Source of the DNA: Candidatus Cloacimonadota bacterium
Lineage (GTDB): Bacteria > Cloacimonadota > Cloacimonadia > Cloacimonadales > WRIO01
Length of the DNA: 64,000 nt
Reading direction: 5' to 3'
NCBI GenBank assembly: GCA_009777575.1
Contig: WRLO01000002.1
Span: forward strand, 28,386-92,385
Below are positions 1-9,155 of this stretch, in pieces. Position numbers and translations under genes: made by a program. Under the pieces are notes generated by a model. That model did not search any database. It was not told the DNA's origin and worked only from the letters and a program-made list of their open reading frames with translations. Every line of letters begins with the position of its first letter. Within the stretch, counting starts at the first letter, position 1.

Positions 1-115
1 GAATAGATTGCTTCTTGAAAATAGCAAGCAGAGACCATTCAAAGACAGAAAACATATAGATATTTCTCCTACCTCCCTTGCAAATTGGGGTAATAAAATG
101 ATCTGAACAAAATCC

Positions 116-143
116 TTGACAAAATCAAATACATATAAATAAT
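116..143 (+). promoter_or_regulatory. Candidate sigma70-type promoter for the ArsR-cadA operon
   Basis: TTGACA at 116-121 and AATAAT at 138-143 (16-nt spacer), upstream of RBS AAGGAG at 215-220. Confidence 0.5.
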
Positions 144-147
144 TGCA

Positions 148-169
148 CATATCAGCATATATGTATATG
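148..169. promoter_or_regulatory. Candidate ArsR/SmtB operator
   Basis: Imperfect inverted repeat CATAT-N12-ATATG just downstream of the -10, the usual position for SmtB/CadC-type operators. Confidence 0.4.
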
Positions 170-225
170 ATTAATGTGTAAAAATATTTATTTATGCTTT
201 GTATAATATAGTTAAAGGAGTGATT

Positions 226-609
226 ATGTCAATAAATGATATTGAATTATGTAACCCTATTCAAATTCATGAAGAGATTGTCCAAAAGGCAAAAGAAGAT
301 CTGCTTGATGATGAGTATATCAGATTAACAGCTGATTTTTTTAAGGTTTTAGGCGACCCAACAAGGATTAAAATCATTCAGATTTTATTCAAGAATGAAC
401 TATGCGTTTGTGATTTATCAGCTGTAATGGGCATGAACCAGCCAGCTATATCTCAGCAATTGAAAATTTTAAAACAAGTAAATATTGTTAAATATCGTCG
501 TGATGGAAAAAATGTTTATTATTCTATCTATGATGAGCATATAAGACAATTGTTAGACTTGATTTTAAGTCCTGAAAATAATTCAATCATACCGGGGAGG
601 TACAGATGA
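226..609 (+). CDS. ArsR/SmtB family metal-responsive repressor (CadC/ZiaR-like)
   Basis: FFKVLGDPTRIKII, ELCVCDL and SQQLKILK wHTH motifs; ATG 226 follows AAGGAG and is preferred over the track start at 199; stop overlaps the cadA start (ATGA). Confidence 0.92.
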   Translation: MSINDIELCNPIQIHEEIVQKAKEDLLDDEYIRLTADFFKVLGDPTRIKIIQILFKNELCVCDLSAVMGMNQPAISQQLKILKQVNIVKYRRDGKNVYYSIYDEHIRQLLDLILSPENNSIIPGRYR

Positions 610-2759
610 AAAAGTATTATTTAAAGAATTTAGATTGTGCAAACTGTGCAGCAAATATCGAAGCCAGTCTAAAAAAGCTTGAATATGTGAGATCAATATC
701 CATCGATTTTAGTTCTGCGAGCATGTTTATAGATACAGACTTTATAGATAAAGTTGTAGAAGAAATGAAGAAAAAAGAACCAGATATCGAAGTATTGGAA
801 AAAGAAAGTTTCCAAAATGTAAAGATAGCTAACGAAAAAAACAAAACTGATTTTAATCCTCATATTGAGCTTTGGATAACCGTGATCTGCGTGATAGTCT
901 ACATTTTGGCTTTGATTTTCAATAAAAAACTGCAAGAAACACCCTTTATGATAGGTTCTTGGATAGTATTTGTGTCTATATATCTGGTTGCTGGTTGGAG
1001 AGTTTTGCTCAAGGCATTTAAAAATATCAGACATGGCGGTTTTTTTGATGAAAATTTTTTGATGACCATCGCTACACTGGGAGCTTTTGCTATCGGAGAA
1101 CTACCAGAAGCTGCTGGTGTGATGATCTTCTTTAAAGTGGGTAGTTATTTACAAGAATTGTCTATCTTTAGGTCTCGGAGAAGTATCAAGGCTCTTCTTG
1201 AAATCAGACCAGATTATGCAAATGTAGTTCACAATGCACAAATCTTCCAAGTTTCACCTGAAGAAGTTGATATAGATAGCGAGATTATAGTTAAACCGGG
1301 TGAAAAGATACCTTTAGATGGCGAAATCATTAGTGGTAGCTCACAGCTTGATACATCGGCTTTAACTGGTGAATCTATCCCCAAAATTGCCAACGAAAAA
1401 GACTCTGTTCTAGCGGGTATGATAAATCTAACTGGACTTTTGAGAATAAAGGTCACAAAACATTTTGCCGAGTCTTCTATAGCAAAGATCCTTGAAATGG
1501 TAGAAAATGCTACTCACAAAAAAGCTAAAACAGAGATGTTTTTTACTACTTTTGCCAGATATTATACCCCAGTGATTGTAGGAATCGCGTTGTTAACAGC
1601 ACTTTTGCCACCATTGTTGATGAATGATCAACTCTTTTCAGACTGGATTTACAGAGCTCTTGTTATTCTTGTGATTTCCTGCCCGTGTGCCTTGGTAGTG
1701 AGTATCCCATTGACTTATTTTGGAGGTATTGGAGCTGCTTCAAGGAAGGGTATACTTATAAAAGGTTCATCATTTATTGATAGCTTGAATCGTGTTCGAA
1801 CTATCGTTTTTGACAAAACAGGGACTTTAACAAAAGGTGTTTTCCAAGTAACAAAAATCAAAAATTATTTATCAGGAAAATCAAATACATCTTCTCTACC
1901 TTTTACTGATAACGATTTACTGCAAATCACTGCTGAAGCTGAAGCACATTCAAACCACCCTATAGCTTTATCTATTTTAAAAGCATATTCAGATATAATA
2001 GACAAAAAAAATGAACCAATAGATTATTCTGTGATAAAGGATTATCAAGAACTTGCCGGGAAAGGCATTTCAGTCAATATCAGAGAAAAAAAAGTTTTAG
2101 TAGGAAATGCCAAGCTCATGTCAGAGAACAACATAGATTTTGTCATTTCAGAAGATATAGGCACTATTGTTTATACAGCCATTGATGGCGTTTTTGCTGG
2201 TCATATTGTTATTAGTGATGAGTTAAAAGAAGATTCTACTATAGCAATAAAAAGGCTTCGCGATATGGGTATACATTCAATACAGATGCTCACAGGAGAT
2301 AATTTGATGATAGCTGAAGATTTATCAAAAAAGCTATCTTTAGATAGTTTCTATTCTGAACTATTACCGGAAGATAAAGTTGAAAAGCTTGAACAAATCA
2401 TAGAGACAAAAAATAAGAAAGAAAAATTGGTATATGTTGGTGACGGGATAAATGATGCTCCAGTCATAGCATTAGCCGATGTGGGCATTTCTATGGGGAG
2501 TCTTGGTTCTGATGCGGCTATAGAAACAGCAGATGTGGTGATTATGAACGATTCTTTGAACAAAATTCCTGATTTACTCAGAATTTCTAAAAAAACAAGG
2601 AATATTATCATTCAAAATGTAACCTTTGCCCTGAGTGTGAAAATTCTTTTTTTAATACTTGGTATTAGCGATCATGCAAGTATCTGGGAAGCAGTCTTTG
2701 CAGATGTTGGGGTAGCTTTGATTGCTGTGTTGAATGCTATGAGGATTATGAAAACATAA
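606..2759 (+). CDS. cadA: Heavy-metal (Cd/Zn/Pb) translocating P1B-type ATPase
   Basis: N-terminal CANC metal-binding motif, TGES, CPCALV, DKTGTLT, HP and GDGINDAP motifs. Confidence 0.95.
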   Translation: MKKYYLKNLDCANCAANIEASLKKLEYVRSISIDFSSASMFIDTDFIDKVVEEMKKKEPDIEVLEKESFQNVKIANEKNKTDFNPHIELWITVICVIVYILALIFNKKLQETPFMIGSWIVFVSIYLVAGWRVLLKAFKNIRHGGFFDENFLMTIATLGAFAIGELPEAAGVMIFFKVGSYLQELSIFRSRRSIKALLEIRPDYANVVHNAQIFQVSPEEVDIDSEIIVKPGEKIPLDGEIISGSSQLDTSALTGESIPKIANEKDSVLAGMINLTGLLRIKVTKHFAESSIAKILEMVENATHKKAKTEMFFTTFARYYTPVIVGIALLTALLPPLLMNDQLFSDWIYRALVILVISCPCALVVSIPLTYFGGIGAASRKGILIKGSSFIDSLNRVRTIVFDKTGTLTKGVFQVTKIKNYLSGKSNTSSLPFTDNDLLQITAEAEAHSNHPIALSILKAYSDIIDKKNEPIDYSVIKDYQELAGKGISVNIREKKVLVGNAKLMSENNIDFVISEDIGTIVYTAIDGVFAGHIVISDELKEDSTIAIKRLRDMGIHSIQMLTGDNLMIAEDLSKKLSLDSFYSELLPEDKVEKLEQIIETKNKKEKLVYVGDGINDAPVIALADVGISMGSLGSDAAIETADVVIMNDSLNKIPDLLRISKKTRNIIIQNVTFALSVKILFLILGISDHASIWEAVFADVGVALIAVLNAMRIMKT

Positions 2760-2810
2760 CATAATAGTATTTTATGACACAAACTCTAAAATTACAAAGA
2801 AAAAAAATCC

Positions 2811-2839
2811 TTTACAAAATATCTCATTTTAAATAAATT
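2811..2839 (+). promoter_or_regulatory. Candidate promoter for the decarboxylase-nusB cluster
   Basis: TTTACA 2811-2816, 17 nt, TAAATT 2834-2839. Confidence 0.4.
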
Positions 2840-2847
2840 GTCAAAAA

Positions 2848-3972
2848 ATGCATTTTGGTGGTGACATGGGGGATTTATTGATAGGGTTAACTTCATTGAT
2901 AGCTAATCCTAAAATGATTTTAATGATGATTGTAGGTGGTATCTTGATTTATTTAGCGATAAAGAAAGATTACGAGCCTGCCTTGCTTTTACCAATAGGA
3001 TTTGGGACTATTTTGGCAAATATTCCATTTTCTAGTGCGATTGGGGAACATGGTCCTTTAACATTGTTGTTTAATGCGGGAATAATGACCGAACTGTTTC
3101 CAATTTTGATTTTCATTGCTATAGGTGCAATGATAGATTTTTCTGTATTGCTACGAAACCCTTTTATGTTGATGTTTGGAGCAGCAGCTCAGTTTGGGAT
3201 ATTTTTTGCGATGATGATGGCATCTTTGTTAGGTTTTAGTTTTTTAGAATCAGCAGCAATTGGCATCATCGGAGCCGCAGATGGTCCTACATCGATATTT
3301 GTTGCAGGGAGATTTGCCCCAGAGCTTTTAGGGCCTATCACCGTTGCTGCATATTCATATATGGCTTTAGTGCCTATTATACAACCACCTGTTATTCGTT
3401 TATTGACAACTCAAAACGAAAGAAGAATACGCATGGACTCATTTAATGCTCAAGTTCCTAAAACTGTAAAAATACTTTTCCCTATCATAATCACAATAAT
3501 TGCAGGGATAGTAGCTCCTACCTCAGTAGCTTTAGTGGGCTTTTTAATGTTTGGAAATTTGCTAAGAGAATGTGGAGTTTTAGATAAACTAGCAAAATCA
3601 GCTCAAAACGAGTTATCAAGCCTTGTGACAATCTTGCTTGGGATAACGATAGCTTCCACAATGACAGCAGAAAAATTTTTAAATTTACAGACATTATATA
3701 TACTTGGGCTTGGTTTGATAGCTTTTATAGCTAATACTGCTGGAGGCGTTTTATTTGCAAAAATATTAAATCTATTTTTAAAGAAAAAGGTCAACCCAAT
3801 GATAGGCGCGGCAGGAATTTCAGCTTTTCCTATGTCTGCGAGAGTTATACAAAAGATGGGACAAAAAGAAGATAAACAGAATTTCCTATTAATGCCTGCA
3901 ACTAGTGCAAATGTTGCAGGTCAAATAGGTTCTGTGATAGCAGGTGGCTTGATACTTGCCCTTTGTTCCTAA
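2848..3972 (+). CDS. Na+-translocating decarboxylase beta subunit (OadB/MmdB/GcdB family)
   Basis: YEPALLLPIGFG, IGIIGAADGPTSIF, AAYSYMALVPIIQPP, IGAAGISAFPMSAR and ANVAGQIGS motifs; the true start may be ATG 2866. Confidence 0.93.
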   Translation: MHFGGDMGDLLIGLTSLIANPKMILMMIVGGILIYLAIKKDYEPALLLPIGFGTILANIPFSSAIGEHGPLTLLFNAGIMTELFPILIFIAIGAMIDFSVLLRNPFMLMFGAAAQFGIFFAMMMASLLGFSFLESAAIGIIGAADGPTSIFVAGRFAPELLGPITVAAYSYMALVPIIQPPVIRLLTTQNERRIRMDSFNAQVPKTVKILFPIIITIIAGIVAPTSVALVGFLMFGNLLRECGVLDKLAKSAQNELSSLVTILLGITIASTMTAEKFLNLQTLYILGLGLIAFIANTAGGVLFAKILNLFLKKKVNPMIGAAGISAFPMSARVIQKMGQKEDKQNFLLMPATSANVAGQIGSVIAGGLILALCS

Positions 3973-3999
3973 GTGTAAAGAAATCTCAGAGGAGAAATA

Positions 4000-4161
4000 A
4001 TGAACAATTTAAATACACCTTTTTCACCTGAATCAATAGCTGTTTTTTTAGAGACAATTTCGGTGATGTTAAAAGGAATGATCGGAATATTTGCTTTTAT
4101 GCTGATATTTTATGCCTTAATAAAAATATTAGATAAAGTTATAAAAGAGAAAACGGAATAA
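4000..4161 (+). CDS. Small single-TM protein, probable OadG-type gamma/delta subunit (53 aa, not in the ORF track)
   Basis: GGAG RBS at 3991-3994; translation MNNLNTPFSPESIAVFLETISVMLKGMIGIFAFMLIFYALIKILDKVIKEKTE; directly follows the beta subunit. Confidence 0.7.
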   Translation: MNNLNTPFSPESIAVFLETISVMLKGMIGIFAFMLIFYALIKILDKVIKEKTE

Positions 4162-4171
4162 GTTGATTTAA

Positions 4172-4639
4172 ATGGGTATCAGAAGAAAATCACGAGAATT
4201 AGTTATTCAAACATTTTATGCATTGACATATTCAGAAAAAGACCAATATTTACAATATCTTAGTTATTTGGATAAATATCAAGAGATTTTATTAAATATT
4301 GCCTCTGAAAATAAGATACAACCTGAGAATAAAGTATATGAACTTGCTGAGGCTATGATAAAAAATATTATTCCTAAAATTGAAGATATAGATGAAATCA
4401 TCAAAAGAAATTTGGGAAATATTAAAATAGAAAAATTAGGAGTTTTAGATGTGATTATCATCAGGATGGCAGTATTTGAGATGATTTTAGAAGATACACC
4501 ATCGATAGTTATGATAAATGAGGCAATCGAATTGGCAAAATTGTTTTGTGCTGAAAAAGCTCCTGCCTTGATAAATGCAATATTAGATAAAATAAGGAAT
4601 GCTGAAACAAATATTTCAGTAACAATTAGAAATGACTAA
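4172..4639 (+). CDS. nusB: Transcription antitermination factor NusB
   Basis: RRKSRELVIQTFY N-terminus; INEAIELAK and INAILD motifs. Confidence 0.92.
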   Translation: MGIRRKSRELVIQTFYALTYSEKDQYLQYLSYLDKYQEILLNIASENKIQPENKVYELAEAMIKNIIPKIEDIDEIIKRNLGNIKIEKLGVLDVIIIRMAVFEMILEDTPSIVMINEAIELAKLFCAEKAPALINAILDKIRNAETNISVTIRND

Positions 4640-5588
4640 AAAAAAATCTTTAAAAGAAAATGTAAACAGTGATTTAAATCATAGTTTCTCAGTTTGTAAC
4701 GAAAAGAAAACGGAACTACCGATTGTCAAATGTTCAATCGGAGTGATAGCCTACAATGAAGAAAAAAATATATCTCAAATATTAAGAGCCTTACTCAAAC
4801 AAGAATTACATGAAGTTGAGATAGATGAGATAATCGTTATTTCCTCTGGGAGCACTGATAAAACTGACTTAATCGTTAGAGAATATCAAGAAAAATTCAA
4901 CAAAATCAAGTTGTATATTCAAGAAAAGCGAGAAGGCAAGGCTTCTGCAATCAATCTTTTTTTAGAAAAAGCCAAGAACCATATTTTATTGATAGAATCT
5001 GCTGATACAATACCATCAAAAAATACTGTTGAAAAGCTCGTAAAACCTCTTAGAAAAACAAATATTGGAATGACCGGAGGTAGACCTATTCCATTACAAA
5101 CAAACGATAATTTTGTAGATTTTGCAGTTAATCTTTTATGGAAACTCCATCATAGAATGGCCAAATTTAAACCTAAACTTGGTGAAATGATAGCCTTTAA
5201 AAAAGTTTTCACTTCAATTCCAGAAGACTCAGCTGTAGATGAAGCAAGCATAGAAGCTCTTATCGATAAAGCAGGTTTAAAATGTCTTTATATTTCTGAC
5301 GCTATCATTTATAACAAAGGTCCAGAAACGATTTGTGACTTTATAAAACAAAGAAGAAGAATAGCTACAGGGCATTTGTGGTTAAAACACAAAGAGAACT
5401 ATAATGTGACCTCAAATCAACTCTCCTTATTATTTGGATTATATATATTTGAATGCCTAACTAACCCCAAGGATATAATTTATATAACTGGAACAGCAAA
5501 ACTTGAGATGTATTGTAGATTGTTGGGTTATTTCGATTATTATATAAAAAAAACAAACCCATATATATGGGAAATGATAGATAGATAA
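4632..5588 (+). CDS. Family 2 glycosyltransferase
   Basis: IAYNEE, SSGSTDKT, GKASAIN, SAD (DxD-like), VDE and QRRR motifs. Confidence 0.88.
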   Translation: MTKKKSLKENVNSDLNHSFSVCNEKKTELPIVKCSIGVIAYNEEKNISQILRALLKQELHEVEIDEIIVISSGSTDKTDLIVREYQEKFNKIKLYIQEKREGKASAINLFLEKAKNHILLIESADTIPSKNTVEKLVKPLRKTNIGMTGGRPIPLQTNDNFVDFAVNLLWKLHHRMAKFKPKLGEMIAFKKVFTSIPEDSAVDEASIEALIDKAGLKCLYISDAIIYNKGPETICDFIKQRRRIATGHLWLKHKENYNVTSNQLSLLFGLYIFECLTNPKDIIYITGTAKLEMYCRLLGYFDYYIKKTNPYIWEMIDR

Positions 5589-5590
5589 TT

Positions 5591-6877
5591 ATGCTACAAG
5601 TTCTTTCAAGATTGTTGTTGTATAAAGCATATTATTATTTTGGTTTTCCCAGAATAATGCCTATGAGTTATACAATATCATTGACCTGGGATTGCAATTC
5701 TAAATGTTCAACTTGCTTTGTCTGTAAAAGAAAGTCGACAGATATGAGTCTTGATGAGTATAAAAAGGTTTTTTATCATTTAGGAAAAAGTCCATATTGG
5801 ATAACCTTTAGCGGAGGAGAACCATTTCTGAGAAAAGATTTTACAGAAATTGTGAAATCTTTTTATGACATTTGTAAACCAAGAATTATTAATATTCCCA
5901 CCAATGGGATTCTTACTAATACAATTATCAAAAGCATTCAAGATATTTGCCAACACTGCAAAAAAGCACAAATAATTGTGAATTTATCAATAGATGGGAT
6001 AGGAGATCAACATGACCAAATTCGAAATGTCCCAGGTAATTATCAAAAGGTAATTCTAACTTTTGATAAACTAAAAAAAATGTGTAAAGCGACTAATAAC
6101 AATACCGATAAGCCTTTATATTCAAGAATCGATCGTTCAAAAAATATTGATAGAAAAAAACAACAAACTGGAAATATAAAAAGCTCTCTCAAATATAAAT
6201 CTAAAGGAAACAATTTTGTTTATCAAGCATCAATAAAGGATAAAAATTCTAATAAAATAAATGAAGATGCAGCTAACAACATTTCTTTTAAAAATCTTTC
6301 TGTAGGCATACATACTGTTATCTCTAAATATAATATTGACAATTTTGCTATGATATCAAATACACTCATGGAATTAAAACCAGAACAATATATAACGGAA
6401 ATAGCCGAAGAAAGGCATGAGCTTATGACTGTCGGAGTAGATATAACCCCTGAACTTTTAAATTATAAGGCAGCAGTAGACTACTTGACACATCGAATAA
6501 AACATACAGATATAGAAAAAAGAATGAATAGAATAACGCAAGCCTTTAGAATAGAATATTATAAACTCGCAAAAGCTATTCTGAGGTTTAAAACGCAAAT
6601 TATTCCATGTTATTCCGGTGTGGTATCATGCCAAATAGCTCCAGATGGTGATGTCTGGGCATGCTGCATAAAGGCGAAATCTCTCGGAAATTTAAGAAAA
6701 AACAAATACAATCTCAAAAAAATATTAAGAAACATAAAATTTAAAAAAGAAAGAAAATATATAAAAGATAAGCAGTGTTATTGCCCACTAGCTAACGCTT
6801 CTTATACAAATATGTTGCTTGATTTTAAAACTCTTTTTAGAGTTTTTTATAGAAGTTTTGTAAAATGGTTTAACTAA
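5591..6877 (+). CDS. Radical SAM protein with C-terminal SPASM/twitch-like Cys cluster
   Basis: CNSKCSTC (CxxxCxxC), FSGGEPF, SIDG; C-terminal CYSG..DGDVWACC..CYCP. Confidence 0.88.
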   Translation: MLQVLSRLLLYKAYYYFGFPRIMPMSYTISLTWDCNSKCSTCFVCKRKSTDMSLDEYKKVFYHLGKSPYWITFSGGEPFLRKDFTEIVKSFYDICKPRIINIPTNGILTNTIIKSIQDICQHCKKAQIIVNLSIDGIGDQHDQIRNVPGNYQKVILTFDKLKKMCKATNNNTDKPLYSRIDRSKNIDRKKQQTGNIKSSLKYKSKGNNFVYQASIKDKNSNKINEDAANNISFKNLSVGIHTVISKYNIDNFAMISNTLMELKPEQYITEIAEERHELMTVGVDITPELLNYKAAVDYLTHRIKHTDIEKRMNRITQAFRIEYYKLAKAILRFKTQIIPCYSGVVSCQIAPDGDVWACCIKAKSLGNLRKNKYNLKKILRNIKFKKERKYIKDKQCYCPLANASYTNMLLDFKTLFRVFYRSFVKWFN

Positions 6878-6881
6878 AGAT

Positions 6882-7625
6882 ATGAAAAAAAAGCATTATA
6901 TCCCTGCGGTATTCATAATAGTAGCTATATTATTGTCAGCTTATTATGTTTTTTTTCGAGACAATGAAATAGAAATTCAGCTTGATCGAAGCCGCTATAT
7001 CATCAATCAAAGAATACGAAATATAGAGTTAGAGAGATTTCCTTTGAGATTGCAACTTGAATTTGAAAGGCTTAGACGAGATTTCACTAATATTCAATTA
7101 CAAAAAGAATGGACTACAGAGCTTACTTTCGATCTTACTCATCCTCCTTTCTTTGATTTGAGAAATCTATATCTTGTTAGCTTTGATAAATTAGCTGTTT
7201 ATAACAAAAATGATTTAAATTCTGTTTGGGTAAAACAGCTTGACTTCGATATAGAGAGCTTTTCTTTGATAGATGGAAATAATATTTTAGTAATAGATAG
7301 TAATGGAAGCGCGTATGCCTTAAATCGTAATACAGGCGATTTGAATTGGTCTCAGAGCATACATGAGAGGTATATAAGCGAACATTCTTTTTCTATAAAA
7401 CCTATTTTAATAACACACAATGAGGATAAAAGAATTATCACCAGCATAATCATCTTCCCTATAAATAATGAATTAAGAATTTTTTGTAGTATAACAGGGG
7501 AAAATCTTTTTACATTGGATTTAGAGGATTATATTTATTTTTTATCAGAATATGATCAAATCAGTAACGCTATCTATGTCTCTTATGGAAATAGAATAGC
7601 AAAAATAATTCTTGATAAAAGGTGA
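6882..7625 (+). CDS. Membrane-anchored protein with PQQ-like beta-propeller repeats
   Basis: N-terminal hydrophobic anchor; DSNGSAYALNRNTGDLNWS repeat signature. Confidence 0.6.
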   Translation: MKKKHYIPAVFIIVAILLSAYYVFFRDNEIEIQLDRSRYIINQRIRNIELERFPLRLQLEFERLRRDFTNIQLQKEWTTELTFDLTHPPFFDLRNLYLVSFDKLAVYNKNDLNSVWVKQLDFDIESFSLIDGNNILVIDSNGSAYALNRNTGDLNWSQSIHERYISEHSFSIKPILITHNEDKRIITSIIIFPINNELRIFCSITGENLFTLDLEDYIYFLSEYDQISNAIYVSYGNRIAKIILDKR

Positions 7626-7644
7626 TTTTTGACGATAAAGAAGT

Positions 7645-8040
7645 ATGTTAAAAATAGTTATTTTGTTTTTTCTCATATTATTAGCAGTAGATGGCATTTT
7701 TAGAGATGGCTACTTGATTGAAGTCTTTCTTGGACATGAAATGCATCTACCCTTTTTTATAAGGATTGCTTACATTGTAGTGGCTATAGTTTCCACAGCT
7801 TTGCTTTTTCATGCTGTAGTTTGGGAATTTAATCTGATGCCTAAATTAGAGGAGAAAAAGACTCCTTTGCAAATAAAAAGAGATGAAGAGGAAGAAGCTA
7901 GGTTGAAAGCCGAAGAAGAAGAAGCTGCCGAAGCAGAAAGAATAAAGCAAGAAGAAGAAATGGCTGAAATAGCATTGAAGGTTGCTCAAAAAGAAGAAGA
8001 AGAACGCGTCAGTAATGAAGGTAGGAAATATTTATTGTAG
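7645..8040 (+). CDS. Hypothetical membrane protein with Glu-rich coiled tail
   Basis: Two hydrophobic segments followed by an EEEEARLKAEEEEAAEAE tract; lies in a co-directional gene run. Confidence 0.6.
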   Translation: MLKIVILFFLILLAVDGIFRDGYLIEVFLGHEMHLPFFIRIAYIVVAIVSTALLFHAVVWEFNLMPKLEEKKTPLQIKRDEEEEARLKAEEEEAAEAERIKQEEEMAEIALKVAQKEEEERVSNEGRKYLL

Positions 8041-8047
8041 TTTTGTC

Positions 8048-8120
8048 GTAGGGAACGCATGTAACTGCCGCTAACAATGCAGATTTGGCAACATTAGTAG
8101 GGAACGCATGTATGCGTTCC
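8048..8120 (+). repeat. GTAG-tagged REP-like palindrome, family 2 (partial copy 8048-8063, full copy 8097-8120)
   Basis: GTAG-GGAACGCAT-GT-ATGCGTTCC; identical copy at 54113-54136. Confidence 0.8.
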
Positions 8121-8136
8121 GAATATGTAGAGTATG

Positions 8137-8167
8137 AAAAATAAAAGAGGCACCCCGAAGGGTGCCT
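8137..8167 (-). terminator. Rho-independent terminator-like hairpin
   Basis: AGGCACCC-TTCG-GGGTGCCT followed by CTTTTATTTTT on the minus strand; only a weak U tract on the plus strand. Confidence 0.65.
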
Positions 8168-8274
8168 TGTGTATGAGGAGGTTATATGAACAGAATCTGT
8201 GGGGGAAGATTCTGTATTTTATTAAACTCCATTTTTTTTTTATGTTACAAAAAAAAATAAAAAAAGGAAAAATA

Positions 8275-9009
8275 ATGAATTTTTTTTTGACTATAGCTGC
8301 CTCTGACAGCTCGGGTGGAGCAGGGATACAACAAGATTTAAAGATGGCTCAAAGAACTGGATTCTGGGGGTTAAGTGCTGTTACTGCAATAACTTCGCAA
8401 GATTTTCATAATGTATATATTATCGAATTTTTAAAAGAAAAAGTAATTGAAACACAACTAAAAAATATTTTTAAATCTTTTAAAATTTCTGCAATAAAAA
8501 TCGGAGTATTGCCTTCTATAAGATTTGCAAAGATAATTTCACAATATCTTAATTCTGTTGACTGTCCAAAAGTTTATGATCCAGTTTATAAATCATCTTC
8601 TGGTCATTGTCTCTTAACTGATGAACCCAAGGAAATATTTCAAATCATAAGTCCACATTGCACCGTGATTACCCCTAATATCCCAGAATTTGAATTTTAT
8701 TATGATACTGATATAAAATCCGCTTTAAAAAATTTTAAAGGCAAACCAAATATATACTTAAAAGGTGGACATTCAACTGAAAACAAAATTATTGAATACC
8801 TATTCTATAAAAATACCCTTAAACATTTTGCTTATGAAAGAAGTAATTGGGTATATAATAAAGGTACTGGATGTGCTTTCTCATCATTATTAAGCATGTA
8901 TTTAGTAGATAATGAGATAGAAATAGCCTGTCAAAAAGCGAGAAGGGATTTAGTGCAATTTTACGATGAAACGAATATAAATCTCCATTCTCCTACTTTG
9001 TCATTCTGA
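8275..9009 (+). CDS. thiD: Hydroxymethylpyrimidine/phosphomethylpyrimidine kinase
   Basis: LTIAASDSSGGAGIQQDLK, AIKIG, DPV, TPNIPE, KGGH and GTGC motifs; ATG 8275 preferred over the track start at 8134; the stop codon lies inside the first 50-bp repeat. Confidence 0.88.
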   Translation: MNFFLTIAASDSSGGAGIQQDLKMAQRTGFWGLSAVTAITSQDFHNVYIIEFLKEKVIETQLKNIFKSFKISAIKIGVLPSIRFAKIISQYLNSVDCPKVYDPVYKSSSGHCLLTDEPKEIFQIISPHCTVITPNIPEFEFYYDTDIKSALKNFKGKPNIYLKGGHSTENKIIEYLFYKNTLKHFAYERSNWVYNKGTGCAFSSLLSMYLVDNEIEIACQKARRDLVQFYDETNINLHSPTLSF

Positions 9010-9146
9010 ACCCTATCTTGTCATTCTGAACGAAGTGAAGAATCTCTTTGTCATTCTGAACCCTATCTTGTCATTCTGAACGAAGTGAAGAATCTCTTTG
9101 TCATTCTGAACCCTATCTTGTCATTCTGAACGAAGTGAAGAATCTC
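8997..9146. repeat. Three tandem 50-bp units containing a TGTC-tagged palindromic element
   Basis: Unit TTTGTCATTCTGAACCCTATCTTGTCATTCTGAACGAAGTGAAGAATCTC at 8997, 9047 and 9097 with no spacers; sits between convergent genes. Confidence 0.92.
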
Positions 9147-9155
9147 CATTATCCA

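Noticed and set aside
2-106. Open frame at the window start (NRLLLENSKQRPF...KMI*)
   Set aside because: It could be the end of an upstream gene but is too short to identify.
8134-8274. N-terminal extension of thiD in the ORF track
   Set aside because: It spans a terminator hairpin and poly-T/A runs; family similarity starts at ATG 8275.
8997-9146. Possible CRISPR array
   Set aside because: The units are contiguous 50-bp tandem copies with no unique spacers, and no cas genes are present.
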